Source: an uncultured virus (IMG/VR IMGVR_UViG_3300006358_000001) (lineage: Duplodnaviria; Heunggongvirae; Uroviricota; Caudoviricetes). From it: a stretch of DNA of 64,000 bases. The stretch lies in IMG/VR virus record IMGVR_UViG_3300006358_000001; one strand, given 5' to 3'. The notes beneath the pieces are model-generated. The model was given only the letters and a program-made list of their open reading frames with translations. It made no database searches and was not told the origin of the DNA. Shown one piece after another: positions 46,889 to 60,933 of the stretch. The number at the start of each line of letters is the position of its first letter. Within the stretch, counting starts at the first letter, position 1. The position numbers and the translations under genes were made by a program.

Positions 46889-49764
46889 GCCCTTGCCTCA
46901 AGCTGAGCGATGCGATCCTTCAGGCTGTTCAACTCTTGCAGCAAATCCACACCGCCAGCCGACATGTCAACGAACCCGTAAGCGGTGACGGGACCTGTTG
47001 AGGTGATCGGGCTGTTGACCTGCAGCGAATTGTTGAGCGTCAGCGTATTGCTGATCGTCACCGGCATCGAGAACGATGCTGCGCCGTAGCAGGTGAAGCC
47101 GTTGTTCGCCTGCAACGTCGCAGCCATCACCGTGCCAGTAGAGACAGTGAGGTTGGCACCATTGATGACGAGATCGCCGGTCATCACACCGCCGGTCGTC
47201 TTCAGCATGTAGTAAGGATCAGGGACCGCCTGCACCCATTGATAGGTGTAGTCGATGTCGTAGACCTGAATGTAAAGCTGGCCCTCGACGTTGTCCCACC
47301 ACAGCACGTTCTCTTGCACGACAGGCTTCACGTCTTTGACGTGAACCATACCCATGTGAATATCGACGTAGTTCTTCGTCGCGACACCAAGCGACGTTAT
47401 CGGATCGCGACCGGCGCGGGCTTCGCCAGTGTAGCGATCAATCGTGAAGTTGATGTCGCGGTTGCGACCGAAGTTGTCGTAGCTCGCGATCTCGAAGTTC
47501 GAGCCCTCCCAGTTGTCATTCGGGAAGCCATCAGGGTCTGCGTTGCCAAGCGTAATGTCCCAGCGCAGAACGCCTGATTTCTTGCCAATGATCTGCGCAG
47601 TCAGACCATCCTGCCATCTATCGACCGCGATCCACCCACCAGTCGAATAGTCATCCGGCCCATCAACGGTGACCGTCTTGCCGTAGACAGTCGGTGAAGA
47701 TAGCTGGCCAGTCACAGCAAGATCGCCAGTGATCATGCCGCCGGTCAGCGGGAGATACGCTCCACCACCGCCGCCGCCAGCGACGGCGTCAACGTACTGC
47801 TTCGTCGCGGCGTGAAGCGGCAATGTCGGATCGCGGCCAAGCGTTGCATCGAACATGACCGTCAGGTTCGGAGTATTGATGTCGGCCCGCGCTTCGAGCC
47901 TCGAATAGATATTGAAGATGCCAGTGTCGTGCTCAATGGAGAAAGCAGGATTCGTGCTCCCGCTGAAGCTGCGATAAAGACTGAAATCGTTGTCGCCAAT
48001 GATGCCAAGCGTCATCGTCCAGTAATCGACGCCGCTCACCTTGCTGATGATCTGGGCGCTCGACAGCGTGTCGGGACGTTCGAGCACCAGCACCGGATCG
48101 ATCTTCGAGATCGCGAGATCGCCAGTGATCTCGCCGCCGCTCAGCGGAAGATAGTCTCCGGTCGCACCGCCACCACCGCCCGCAGCAACCTGCGCATCAA
48201 CGTATTGCTTCGTCGCGGCATGAAGTGGCTGTTGAGGATCGGCCTGCAATAGGAGCGGCTTGTATAACGCCACCCCAGAAGTCTTGCTGGCGATGAAGAT
48301 CGTGGACATCCCATCGCTGCCTTTGAAGCTATGGGAGTCAGCGAAGTATTCGTTGGCAGAAACGCCAAGCCGCAGCGTCTCCTTGGCGGCGTTGGTGCCC
48401 CACACCGTCACCCGATTGGCTGCGGTGTCCACCGTTGCGAACTTGTTGAGTCCAAGCAGATAGCCGGTCGCGGAGAGATCGCCGGTCAGTGTGCCGCCGG
48501 TCAGCGGAAGATAATCGCCAGTCGCACCACCGCCGCCTGCGACGACAGTCCACGCCGCATCCTGCCTCGCATACTGTTGACCATCGACTGGTGCATCGAC
48601 GAACGAACCACCAGCCATCGCGATGCCGTCAACGTACTGCTTCGTCGCAGCCTCAAGCGGCTGCGTTGGATCGCGAGCGAGCCACACGCCCTCGCTGACA
48701 GTCAGGTTCGTCGCTTGGATTCCGGCCTGCGCTTGCAGCACCGTGCTAAGCGTGACCCAGCCAGCGGCAGACTCGATGTGAAATACCTTGCCGCCGCTTA
48801 CGCCATCAGAGTCGAATTTCTCGATGTAGAAGTCGTAGTTGATGTTGTCGCCAAGCACGACGCGCCACTCCGGCACGCCGCCTCGCTTGGCTTCAATGAT
48901 GTTGTTGGTCGTGGCGTCTGCGCGATCAAGCGTCAGAGTTGGTGACGCCGTCGCGATTGTGAGATCGCCGGTCAAGATGCCGCCAGCGAGCGGGAGATAA
49001 GCGCCGCCCTCGCCACCACCTCCGCCGCCAAGCGCTATCGCTTCATCGACGTACTTCTTGTTCGCGGCGTGATACTGGTCAGTCGGTTGCTGCGTCAGGA
49101 TGATTGGCCTGAACGCGGTGACACCAGTGCTCTCAGCCCGCAGCAACTCGATGGCCTCTGCGCCGATGCTGATCTTGGTGTTTGTGCCCCAGAAGCCGGT
49201 GCTCTTCTCACCGAAGTGCATCGATGTGTTTGTCTGGTTGCCGCCCGGCATCAATATGATCTGGGAGTCCCAGTTCGTCATGATGATGTCGCCGGTCATC
49301 GTGCCGCCGGTTAGCGGAAGATACGCGCCGCCTTCACCACCGCCGCCACCAGCGATGGCAGCGATCTGCGCATCGACGTATTTCTTGTTGGTCGCCTGCA
49401 ATTCGTTGATCGGGTCGGCGTACAGTGTGATGCCGCCGGTTGCGCGAACATCCAAGCCAGTCTGGTCGAAGGAATACTTCTCCACACCACCGAAGATCAG
49501 ATACAGCGCATTCTCGCTGCCCTTGAGTCCAGTGGACGGATCAGCGCCGAAGTAAATCTCCGTGAACGACACATCGACGGTGGATCGTGGAAATCCGACG
49601 CTTCCCGTCATCGTGCCGCCAGCGAGCGGCAAATAGTCGCCGGTCACTTCGCCACCTCCGCCACCGTCTCCGGTGCCGATGGTCACCCACTTCTCGCCGT
49701 CCCATTCGTAGGGGCCGAAGATGTCGCCGACTACAGGAGAGTCTGGGAAATTCATTGCCATCAT
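46885..49764 (-). CDS. Modular repeat fibre protein
   Basis: N-terminal NFPDSP...WDGEKW; six YLPLxGGxxTG...KxYVD modules; foldon-like motif; C-terminal coiled coil. Confidence 0.8.
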   Translation of the reverse strand: MMAMNFPDSPVVGDIFGPYEWDGEKWVTIGTGDGGGGGEVTGDYLPLAGGTMTGSVGFPRSTVDVSFTEIYFGADPSTGLKGSENALYLIFGGVEKYSFDQTGLDVRATGGITLYADPINELQATNKKYVDAQIAAIAGGGGGEGGAYLPLTGGTMTGDIIMTNWDSQIILMPGGNQTNTSMHFGEKSTGFWGTNTKISIGAEAIELLRAESTGVTAFRPIILTQQPTDQYHAANKKYVDEAIALGGGGGGEGGAYLPLAGGILTGDLTIATASPTLTLDRADATTNNIIEAKRGGVPEWRVVLGDNINYDFYIEKFDSDGVSGGKVFHIESAAGWVTLSTVLQAQAGIQATNLTVSEGVWLARDPTQPLEAATKQYVDGIAMAGGSFVDAPVDGQQYARQDAAWTVVAGGGGATGDYLPLTGGTLTGDLSATGYLLGLNKFATVDTAANRVTVWGTNAAKETLRLGVSANEYFADSHSFKGSDGMSTIFIASKTSGVALYKPLLLQADPQQPLHAATKQYVDAQVAAGGGGGATGDYLPLSGGEITGDLAISKIDPVLVLERPDTLSSAQIISKVSGVDYWTMTLGIIGDNDFSLYRSFSGSTNPAFSIEHDTGIFNIYSRLEARADINTPNLTVMFDATLGRDPTLPLHAATKQYVDAVAGGGGGGAYLPLTGGMITGDLAVTGQLSSPTVYGKTVTVDGPDDYSTGGWIAVDRWQDGLTAQIIGKKSGVLRWDITLGNADPDGFPNDNWEGSNFEIASYDNFGRNRDINFTIDRYTGEARAGRDPITSLGVATKNYVDIHMGMVHVKDVKPVVQENVLWWDNVEGQLYIQVYDIDYTYQWVQAVPDPYYMLKTTGGVMTGDLVINGANLTVSTGTVMAATLQANNGFTCYGAASFSMPVTISNTLTLNNSLQVNSPITSTGPVTAYGFVDMSAGGVDLLQELNSLKDRIAQLEARA

Positions 49765-51008
49765 GCGTATCCTATTGTCCACCAGCCGGTGTTGCAGAGT
49801 TGCATGTATCGGAATCGATAGATGATGCTGTTGGTGCCTGTGACGACCGCGCCGCCATATGGTTCTTGAAACGCGCCGTAGATCGTGACGTCACCAGCCA
49901 TCGCAAGTCGTCCATCTCGAACAGGCTGTCCGCCGTTGATGTTGCAGATGCCGCTCGCGAGATCGACGGTGATCGGTCGATGACCATTCCACGATCCCCA
50001 CGCGTCCCACGCGTTGGTCAACATCAGGTAGAGCGTCGCACCATCGTTGCGCCAGAACGTGCCATACGCGCTGTAAGCGATGCGATAGGAGTCCGGGTTG
50101 GTGCTCTCAATCGCAGGGACGCGCACGTGGTGACTGGATTGAAAGTGAGCACCATTGAACGTGATGTAGATGCCGGTGTTTCCATAGTAGTAGGTGCCGC
50201 TGCTTCCGCTGCCCGCGAGCATCCACGCTGTCGCCTGCACTGTGCTTGCCGCGATAAGAGAGTCGGAAGTCCAGATCGTCCCGGCGTGAATTGTATTGTT
50301 GACGTACAGCGGAGCGCCGTTGATGACCAAGCTCGCGCCGTCGTAGCCGTAGTAGATGCCACCGTTCTTCGTGCACATGAAGTAGCCGGTGTAATTCAAT
50401 CGGTCAGCGTAGATGTCCCCATTGCCATAGAGCGGACCGTTGATGGTCGCAGCGCCGTGGCTGGTGAAGCCGTTCGCCGTGATCGGACCAGTGACAGTCA
50501 TTCCGCTTGCGGCTTCAAACGTGACGGTGCCCTGACCTGCTGTCGCGTTGCCGCCGTTGTAGACGACGCGCACATCGTAATCCGATGCAGTCGGTCCGCT
50601 CGAATGAAAGTCGAAGTAGACCGGCGTCGCGGCAGCGAGCGAGCCCCACTCGTTGAACGTCTCACTGAGCGACGTCGAGCCCATCGTGAGGCTTGGCACC
50701 GCGAGGTTGCCCGACATTGTGTCACCAGTCTTCGCGACGTAGCCGCTCAGATCAGGCGGTGTCGGCACGTTGGTGGCGATTGCCGTATCGACGTAGCTCT
50801 TGGTCGATGCATGCAGTGGCACCGTCGGATCGGCAGGCAACAGCAGCGGGCCGACCATCGTGTCGCCGAGCAGTTTCACATAGAGCGAGTCGGCTTCGTC
50901 TTGCGTGAAGCTATTGCCTGCGCTCGTGCGCATCCACTTCACGCCATCGAACGCGAAAGGTCCGTGGACTTCTCCAGCTATCGGCGCGTCTGGGAAGTTG
51001 TAGCCCAT
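49761..51008 (-). CDS. Fibre / receptor-binding protein
   Basis: N-terminal NFPDAP...FDGVKW; tip EPYGGAVVTG...RFRYMQ...WWTIGYA. Confidence 0.8.
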   Translation of the reverse strand: MGYNFPDAPIAGEVHGPFAFDGVKWMRTSAGNSFTQDEADSLYVKLLGDTMVGPLLLPADPTVPLHASTKSYVDTAIATNVPTPPDLSGYVAKTGDTMSGNLAVPSLTMGSTSLSETFNEWGSLAAATPVYFDFHSSGPTASDYDVRVVYNGGNATAGQGTVTFEAASGMTVTGPITANGFTSHGAATINGPLYGNGDIYADRLNYTGYFMCTKNGGIYYGYDGASLVINGAPLYVNNTIHAGTIWTSDSLIAASTVQATAWMLAGSGSSGTYYYGNTGIYITFNGAHFQSSHHVRVPAIESTNPDSYRIAYSAYGTFWRNDGATLYLMLTNAWDAWGSWNGHRPITVDLASGICNINGGQPVRDGRLAMAGDVTIYGAFQEPYGGAVVTGTNSIIYRFRYMQLCNTGWWTIGYA

Positions 51009-51009
51009 C

Positions 51010-51513
51010 TCACTTCCGCCCCTTCTTGCTCTCCAGCCTCTCCAGTCGAGCGATGATATCCTTCAGTGTGATCGAGATCGCCCGCATGTCAACGAAGTCG
51101 CCTTGCTCCGGCGGCGGCGGCGTGGTGAACGTGCCTGCGACTGGATCATAAATCTTGCCGCCCAAATCTGTCTGCGGGTCCGTGCCGGTGTAATCAGTTA
51201 TTTCACCAAGCAGACCACCGGCAGGAAACAACATCAGCGGATCGAAGACCGCAGCGCCGACGATGTACGCGTTGTGAGCTTCCTGAAACATCGCGGTGAA
51301 TTTCACCGTCTCCAGTTGGAAGTTCTCGACGTTGAACAGCGACGCCATGTTGATCGGATTGATCGTCGGCTCATCTGGCGGCTTTGCGTGAACGTACTTG
51401 TACCAGTCTTGATCGTCGCTGACGCGCTTCGCGAACATCGCGCCGTTCGGTGCCGCTTCGGGTATCTGGTCCGGCCTGTAAGTGACCCACTCACCGTGAT
51501 CGATAATGTTCAT
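51010..51513 (-). CDS. Fibre assembly/chaperone-like protein
   Basis: IDHGEWVTYRP...DWY; paralog of 28854..29321. Confidence 0.7.
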   Translation of the reverse strand: MNIIDHGEWVTYRPDQIPEAAPNGAMFAKRVSDDQDWYKYVHAKPPDEPTINPINMASLFNVENFQLETVKFTAMFQEAHNAYIVGAAVFDPLMLFPAGGLLGEITDYTGTDPQTDLGGKIYDPVAGTFTTPPPPEQGDFVDMRAISITLKDIIARLERLESKKGRK

Positions 51514-52550
51514 GCGTAGCCCACCGTCCACCATCCAGTCGTCAGCACCTGCCAGTAGCGGTGCCGCTTGTACCAAGCGCCGCTTGGCTGATGCCCTGAC
51601 ATGCCCGTCACTATCGATCCGCCCCAAGGCTCGTATAGCGCCTGCGATGGAGGATAGTTCGCATCACCTGCGTGCACCATTCGCTCGTTCGAGATCGGAA
51701 AGCCGCCGAAGTCTCGCGTCGTCCAGAACCTGTAGGCGACGCCACCACCGAAGCTCCATCCGCCGTACCAGAAATTATGATCGCTGCCGAGACCGAAGTT
51801 GCACGCGAACGCGCCGGGCCGATGGAATGTGAGGCAGGCGTCGTGACCTCCGCCGCTCTGAATCTCAAGGGACCCGCCACCTCCGCCCTGCGTAAGCGAG
51901 CCCGGAGAGAGGTTCGGATAAAGCAAGCCAGACATCGAGCCGCCAGCAAGAGGAAGATAAGCGCCACCAGCGCCCGCTGCCCTCCCATCGACGTACTGCT
52001 TGCTCGCGGCTTCCATCGGAGATGTCGGATCGCGACCAAGCACCGCCGTGCCATTGAGCCAGATGTGCCCGGCATTATCGAACCTTGCATCGTTGCTGAT
52101 CGGATTGCCTGCGCCATCCATGCTGCCGAACGCGAGATAGTTTCCGCTGTCCAAGAAGTAGCCCTTCGCCACGCCTCGACCGCCCGTCGATCCAATCGAG
52201 TGCACGCACACCGATGGCTGCGAGTAGATGCCGCCGCCCATCTGCGGGACGATGCGACCGCCCTCTGCCCTGATGCTCCCGGTGACGTGCGCTTCGCTCG
52301 CGACTGTGATGGCATCCGCTGTAACGCCGCCGCTGAACGAAGGACTGACCGTCGGCGCACGCGATGAGTCAATCGGGTGAACGTGATCGCCTCTCGTGTA
52401 CTCGCTGGCGACGCCGGGCGTGCCGGGACCGTTCATCGCTGGCACAGCGCTCGATGGCGGAGCACCTGCGATGCGGTCCCACTTCACGCCATCAAAGATG
52501 AAGGGCGGAAATGCTTGGCCTGCTACTGGCGCATCGGGAAAGTTAAGCAT
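51510..52550 (-). CDS. Fibre / receptor-binding protein (tandem paralog 3)
   Basis: NFPDAP, RGDHVHP, FACNFG, YRFWTTRDFGG, WWTVGYA. Confidence 0.82.
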   Translation of the reverse strand: MLNFPDAPVAGQAFPPFIFDGVKWDRIAGAPPSSAVPAMNGPGTPGVASEYTRGDHVHPIDSSRAPTVSPSFSGGVTADAITVASEAHVTGSIRAEGGRIVPQMGGGIYSQPSVCVHSIGSTGGRGVAKGYFLDSGNYLAFGSMDGAGNPISNDARFDNAGHIWLNGTAVLGRDPTSPMEAASKQYVDGRAAGAGGAYLPLAGGSMSGLLYPNLSPGSLTQGGGGGSLEIQSGGGHDACLTFHRPGAFACNFGLGSDHNFWYGGWSFGGGVAYRFWTTRDFGGFPISNERMVHAGDANYPPSQALYEPWGGSIVTGMSGHQPSGAWYKRHRYWQVLTTGWWTVGYA

Positions 52551-53583
52551 AGCCGACCGTCCACCAGCTACTCGTGAGCGCCTGCAGATATCGATACCGC
52601 GCCCACACGTGGCCGACGTAAGCCTGCATCGCGCCCTGCCCGGTGATCACAGCGCCGCCCCAGTTCTCAGCCAGTGCCGAATACATGGTGTGCGTGTGAT
52701 CGGTGCAGAACGCGAACCGCGTGTCAGTGACAGGAAGCCCGCCGAAGTCGCGCGTTGTCCAGAACCGATATGCAACGCCAGCGCCGAACGACCAGCCGCC
52801 CATCCAGAAATTCCAGTCGCTCGACATGCCGAAGTTGCAAGCGAAGTAACCGGCGCGATGAAACGTCATGTAGGCGTCGCAGTTGTTGCCGCGTATCTCA
52901 ATCGATGGCGCGGGATTTCCCATCAGCGATCCCCACGTTGGATTCGCATAGAATTGTCCGCTCATCTGCGCACCGGACAACGGCATGTAGGCTCCGCTGA
53001 TCGAGCGCGTGTCCACGTAGTTCTTCGTTGCGACATCGAGACCGCCAGTCGGATCGCGCGAGACCAGCATCGTCGTCGCGAGATACAGATTGCCGTAGAT
53101 GTCGAGGTTCGCCGGATTGCTGACCGGCAGGCCATCGCCCCACATGTTCGCGACGGCGATGCGATTGTTGGTGTCGAGCATCAGCCCCATGACGTAGCCG
53201 CGATCCCACGAGTAGCAGCCGATTGACGGCTGTCCGCCTTCAGCGGATATCTGCGAGATGATGCTGCCGCCGTTGGCGTAGGTGTTCGCGTTGCTGCCGA
53301 AGTTGTTGGCCACGACGCTGTCGGCCCACATGCCGCCAGTGAAAGCCGGGTTCACTGTTGGCGCACGCGATCCATCAGTCGGATGTGCGTGGTCGCCTCT
53401 CTGGTAGAGCGTCAATGCGCCGGGCGTCGCAGCACCATCAACCAGCGGTGCACCGTTCGATGGCGACATCGTTGTAACGTCAGCGACGCCAACCCACTTG
53501 ATGCCGTCCCACTGAAACGCAGGACTCCCGCTCGCCGGATATCTCTCGCCAATGATCGGTGCATCAGGGAAGCTGATCATCAC
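52543..53583 (-). CDS. Fibre / receptor-binding protein (tandem paralog 2)
   Basis: Same motifs as 51510..52550. Confidence 0.82.
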   Translation of the reverse strand: MMISFPDAPIIGERYPASGSPAFQWDGIKWVGVADVTTMSPSNGAPLVDGAATPGALTLYQRGDHAHPTDGSRAPTVNPAFTGGMWADSVVANNFGSNANTYANGGSIISQISAEGGQPSIGCYSWDRGYVMGLMLDTNNRIAVANMWGDGLPVSNPANLDIYGNLYLATTMLVSRDPTGGLDVATKNYVDTRSISGAYMPLSGAQMSGQFYANPTWGSLMGNPAPSIEIRGNNCDAYMTFHRAGYFACNFGMSSDWNFWMGGWSFGAGVAYRFWTTRDFGGLPVTDTRFAFCTDHTHTMYSALAENWGGAVITGQGAMQAYVGHVWARYRYLQALTSSWWTVGYA

Positions 53584-54613
53584 ACATATCCAATCGTGTA
53601 CCAGCCGGTCGTGAACATCTGCAGGTAACGATAACGCACAGTCTGGTTTAGCGGCGTGAACAGCGAGACGCCTGTGCCACCTGTCACTGCAGCACCGCCA
53701 TATGGCTCAACAGTCGGGACCGTCATCGGCGTGTAGTAGTCGCCAGCGTGCGGCATCCGCGCATTGCTCGCCGGGTATCCGCCAAAGTCGCGCGTCGTCC
53801 AGAAGCGATACGCCGTCCATCCGTGCGACCAGCCGCCGAACCACATGTTGGCGTCGCTTGAGAGTCCGAAGTTGCAGGCGAACGCTCCCATCCAATGGAA
53901 TGAGATGAACGCATCAGACCCGGCGTCACCGCTCCTCACCTCCACCGTGCCAACGCCGCCTGCCGTGCCGACACCAGTCCACGCTTGTGCGCTGGTGAAT
54001 TGCCCGGACATCGAGCCGCCCGTTGTCGGCAGATACGCGCCACCGTAGTTGCGAGCATCGGCGTACTGCTTCGTCGAGACGTCATTCCAGTTGATCGGGT
54101 CGCGACCGAGAACGATGGTGCCGCCGAGCCAGAAATTTCCACCGCCATCGAACCGCGCGACGTTGCTGTTCGGCACGCCGTTGCCGTCCATGCCGCCGAA
54201 CGCGATGTTGTTGTTGGTGTCGAGAAACATTCCCATCGCCCAGCCGCGATGCGTCGAGTACAGGCAGACCGATGGCTGATCGTAAAGTCCCGGCATCTGC
54301 GAGACGATGCGACCGTTGCTCGTCGTGATCGAGCCCCTGATCGCCATCCACCCGGAGACATACAGCGAGTCGGTGTTCAGCGTGCCAGCGAATGACGGAC
54401 TCACAGTCGGCGCACGCGTCGTGTCGGTCGGATGCTGATGATCTCCGCGCGAGTACGCTTCGAGCGCACCGGGAGAAGCAACGCCATCCATCAGCGGCAG
54501 CGCACCGGATGCAGCGACACCACCTCCGCCAGCCGCAGACGTCGTCCACTTCACACCGTCCCACGTGAAGGGACCGAACACCTCGTTGAGCGCTGGCGCG
54601 TCTGGGAAGTTGA

Positions 54614-54617
<4 letters not shown>
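53580..54617 (-). CDS. Fibre / receptor-binding protein (tandem paralog 1)
   Basis: Same motifs as 51510..52550. Confidence 0.82.
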
Positions 54618-56984
<2,367 letters not shown>

Positions 56985-56995
<11 letters not shown>

Positions 56996-59900
56996 CGACT
57001 CTCGCCTCCAGTGCAGTGATGCGTTCGAGCGCAGCCTGCAAAGCCTTCGTCAGCATCGCAATGTCAGCCGCAGGATTTGCAACGGCCTGCACCCACGCTG
57101 TGCTGTCCCCATCATTGAAGCGCACGTAGAGCACGCCATTGCTTGAGCGCCACCAGAACGAACCATCCGGCGCATCGACCGGCGCACTGTCGGAGATCAG
57201 CGCGTAGGTCGGCGGACCATCCGCGCCTGCAGGTCCTTGCGGGCCTGCTGATCCATCTGCGCCTGCAGGACCTTGCGGTCCCGCTTCGCCCGCAGGTCCC
57301 GGTGCTCCATCAACTCCGTCAGCGCCCGGTGCGCCGTCAGCACCAGCCGGTCCAACTTCGCCCTGCGGTCCAGCAGGTCCCGCAACGCCTGCAGGTCCGG
57401 TCTCACCTACTTCACCCTGCGGGCCTTGCGCACCTGCCGGTCCCTGCGGGCCAGCCGGGCCTTCATCGCCTTGAGGGCCTGCAACTCCATCTGCACCGTC
57501 AGCACCCGGAGCGCCCGCAGGTCCGATCTCACCTTGAACACCTTGCGGCCCTTGTGGTCCCACTCCGCCATCTGCACCTGCAGGACCAGCCGGTCCCGCT
57601 GGACCTTGAGGACCTTGAGCGCCTGCTGCATTCGAGATCACCCACTGCGATGACGATCCATCATCTTCAACGTAGTAGACGAACATCTGACCGACGCGCG
57701 TGTCGAACCAGAGATCGCCATCGATCGGATTCGCTGGCGGCGTGTCCGATGTCGTGACGCTTGCGCCACCACCTCCACCACTACCAATCCTCGCATCGAC
57801 GTATTGCTTCGTCGCCGCTTCCATGGCGGTGACAGGATCAGCGGGCAGCACCACCGGCACCGTCGCGCGGATGTAGTCTTCGTTGACCTCGAACTTGCTG
57901 ACTCGCTTGATCGAGATGCCGATGGTCTCAGCACCTTCGACAGGCTCTGATCCGTACAAGCCGGAGCCGTACATCGCAGAGAACGTGTAGCCCGGTGACT
58001 GCGGCCTATCGCGCGGCAACTGCAACTGGTTCGAGAACTGATGCGGGCCGTTGGTCTGGAAGGTGGCGACCGGCCATCCATCCAAGAACACCATCAGCGC
58101 TTGCCAGTCCGGAATCTCATCGACCGCAGCGAAGCCGAAGCCGGTGTTCTTCCTCGCACCGAACGTCAGCGTCGGCGTGCTGTCATCCGGAATATTCTCC
58201 GGCAGATGCAGCTTGCCGGTGAGCGTGCCGCCCGTCAGCGGCAAGTAATCTCCAGTTACTTCACCGCCGCCAGTGTTCGATCCGATCTGCACCCACTGCG
58301 ATGATGTGCCGTCGTTCAGTCGAACGAAGAGCGTGCACGTGCGCGTGTCGAACCACAGCGTGTTATCGCGCACGCCTTGCGGCGGAGAGTCCGACGAGAT
58401 GACAGGCCACTGCGCTTCGACAATCCACGCAGCACTCGTGCCGTCGTCGTAGTAGATGAACATCGTGCCCGACGATGACTGCCACCACAGATCACCGTGC
58501 ACAGCCGTCGTCGGCACTGTATCGGAGATCGTGACACGTGCACTGCCACCTCCACCGCCTTCGCCGTGGATGACCTCCTGCCACGTCGCGTTGATGCGCC
58601 CGTAGATTCTCCCGTCGATGGGTGCCTCTTGCACCTCACCGGGTTGACCCATCGCACCTTGCGGACCCTGCGGACCGATGTCGCCCTGCGGTCCAATCGG
58701 GCCAGCCGGGCCGGTCTCGCCTTGTTCGCCTTGCGATCCTGATTCGCCCTTCTCGCCCGGAACGCCTTGCGCACCTGTCGGACCCGGCTCGCCCTGTTCG
58801 CCTTGCTCACCCTGCGGACCGATTGCGCCGGGCATTCCCTGAATGCCTTGCGGTCCTCGATCACCAACTGGCCCTTGTGGGCCAGTCGGGCCTTCAGGAC
58901 CCGGCACCGTTGACGCAGCGCCTTCAGGACCCGGAGGACCTTCAGGACCTTGCACACCTTGCGGCCCCTGCGATCCGGCCATGCCGGGCGGGCCTTGGAT
59001 GCCTTGCGGACCGCGCGGACCTTCGAGCCCGTCCTCGCCATCGACGCCATCGCGACCGGGCGGACCCTGCGCACCATCGACGCCATCGACGCCGTCGGCA
59101 CCTGCCGGACCCGCGACACCTTGCGGACCCGGTGCACCGTCAGCGCCGGGCGGTCCCTGTTGTCCCTGATCGCCCTTCGGCCCCTGCGGTCCGGGCACCG
59201 TGCTATCGGCACCAGCGACGCCCGCAGCGCCTTGAGGACCCTGCGGCCCTTGCGGTCCCTGCGCTCCCGTCTCTCCCGGTGAGCCATCGACACCAGCGAC
59301 ACCAGCCGGACCTTCGGGACCACGCGGACCGTTCGCGCCTTGCGGGCCGGGCGGTCCCATCGCTCCCGGTGCGCCATCAATTCCATTCGTGCCGTCGGCA
59401 CCCGGCGCACCGTCGGCACCAGCCGGGCCTTGCGCACCAGCGACGCCTTGCTCGCCTTGCGGTCCCTGCACGCCATCGACGCCGGGCGGACCTTGCGGAC
59501 CGGGCGGACCCATCGGGCCGACCTCGCCGCCGCCCTCGCCTGTGCCGGGCGGACCCTGCGGACCTACCGGGCCTTGCTCACCCTGCGGGCCTGCAGGACC
59601 CTGCACGCCCTGCACACCTTGCGGTCCACTCGGACCAGCGATGCCTTGCTCGCCTTGTGCACCTGCATCACCCTTCGGACCCGCAGGACCCGGCACGGTT
59701 GAAGGCGGACCGACCGGACCCTGCGGACCCTCTGCACCGGCAGGACCCGGCACACCTTGAATGCCTTGCTCACCTTGTGCGCCAGCGACACCTTGATCGC
59801 CCTTCGCTCCCGCAGGACCTTCGACGCCTTGCGGTCCTGCAGGACCGGGCACCGTCGATGCGTCGCCAGTGTCGCCCTTCTCTCCAGTCAGGCCTTGCGG

Positions 59901-60752
59901 CCCTGCAGGTCCTTGCTCGCCCTGCGGTCCCATCGGACCAGCGACACCTTGCGGGCCAACTGGACCGGGCACTGTCGAGTCTGCACCCGGCAAACCTTGC
60001 GGGCCTTGCTCACCTGCAGGACCTGTCGCGCCGGGCGGACCGGGCACTGTCGATGCTGCGCCGGGCGGACCTGCAGGACCTATCGGACCTTGCGGGCCTT
60101 CAGCGCCAGCGGGACCGGGCACTGTCGATGCAGGACCTTGCGGGCCTTGCGGACCCATCGGACCTTGAACACCTGCAGCGCCGGGCGGTCCCGGTACAGT
60201 TGAGTCTTCACCTTGCGGGCCGGGCTCTCCCGGCAAACCCTTCGGGCCAGTCGCGCCGGGAGGACCCGGCACTGTTGAGTCCGCGCCCTTCTCACCCTTC
60301 GGTCCCTGATAGCCGCGATCACCTTGCGGTCCGACAGGACCACGCGGGCCGGTCGCACCATCGAGACCGGGATCGCCCTTGTCGCCCTTCTCTCCCTTCG
60401 GACCTTGCGCACCCTGCGGGCCTTGCGGACCAATCGGGCCTTGCGGTCCTTGCTCTCCTCCGGGCGTGCCGCTGAGCACACCATCGATCAACGTCAGGGG
60501 GGAAGCGACGACGATGCGCTCAGCGGGTCCTCTCGCTGGGGAGGTGCGACCAACGAGAGTGTTCGGATCAGACTCGATGACGATGTCGTCGTTGTAGTTC
60601 GAGAAGATGCCTTCCTGAACTCGATCACCGTTCTCATCACGGTGCAGACGATTGATCAGCCAGACGCGCGGATCGGCAGGCGTCTCGTGGGGAAGCTGAC
60701 TCGCATCCCCAACGAAGCCACGCATCTTTGCGCGTGAGTTGCCATCAGCCAT
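56985..60752 (-). CDS. Large collagen-like fibre/scaffold protein
   Basis: About 600-aa Gly-X-Y tract plus a shorter second tract, foldon-like motif, four WW/WF modules. Confidence 0.88.
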
Positions 60753-60930
60753 TATCCGGTTCTTCCGGTATCACTGTTGCCGGTGGCACGAGTGGCACGC
60801 CGCTGAGTTGATACCACGTCGGCAGATGATGCACGCCCCACAACGCTGGAGTCGCAACCTCTGCTTCAGGATACGGTGGATTGACCGGATGCTGGCGATC
60901 CTTGCCTTCGTCGATTGGCCCTCGATACAT
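60745..60930 (-). CDS. Small Pro-rich hypothetical protein
   Basis: Fills the gap between the MuF gene and the collagen gene; GAGG RBS. Confidence 0.5.
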   Translation of the reverse strand: MYRGPIDEGKDRQHPVNPPYPEAEVATPALWGVHHLPTWYQLSGVPLVPPATVIPEEPDNG

Positions 60931-60933
60931 TCC

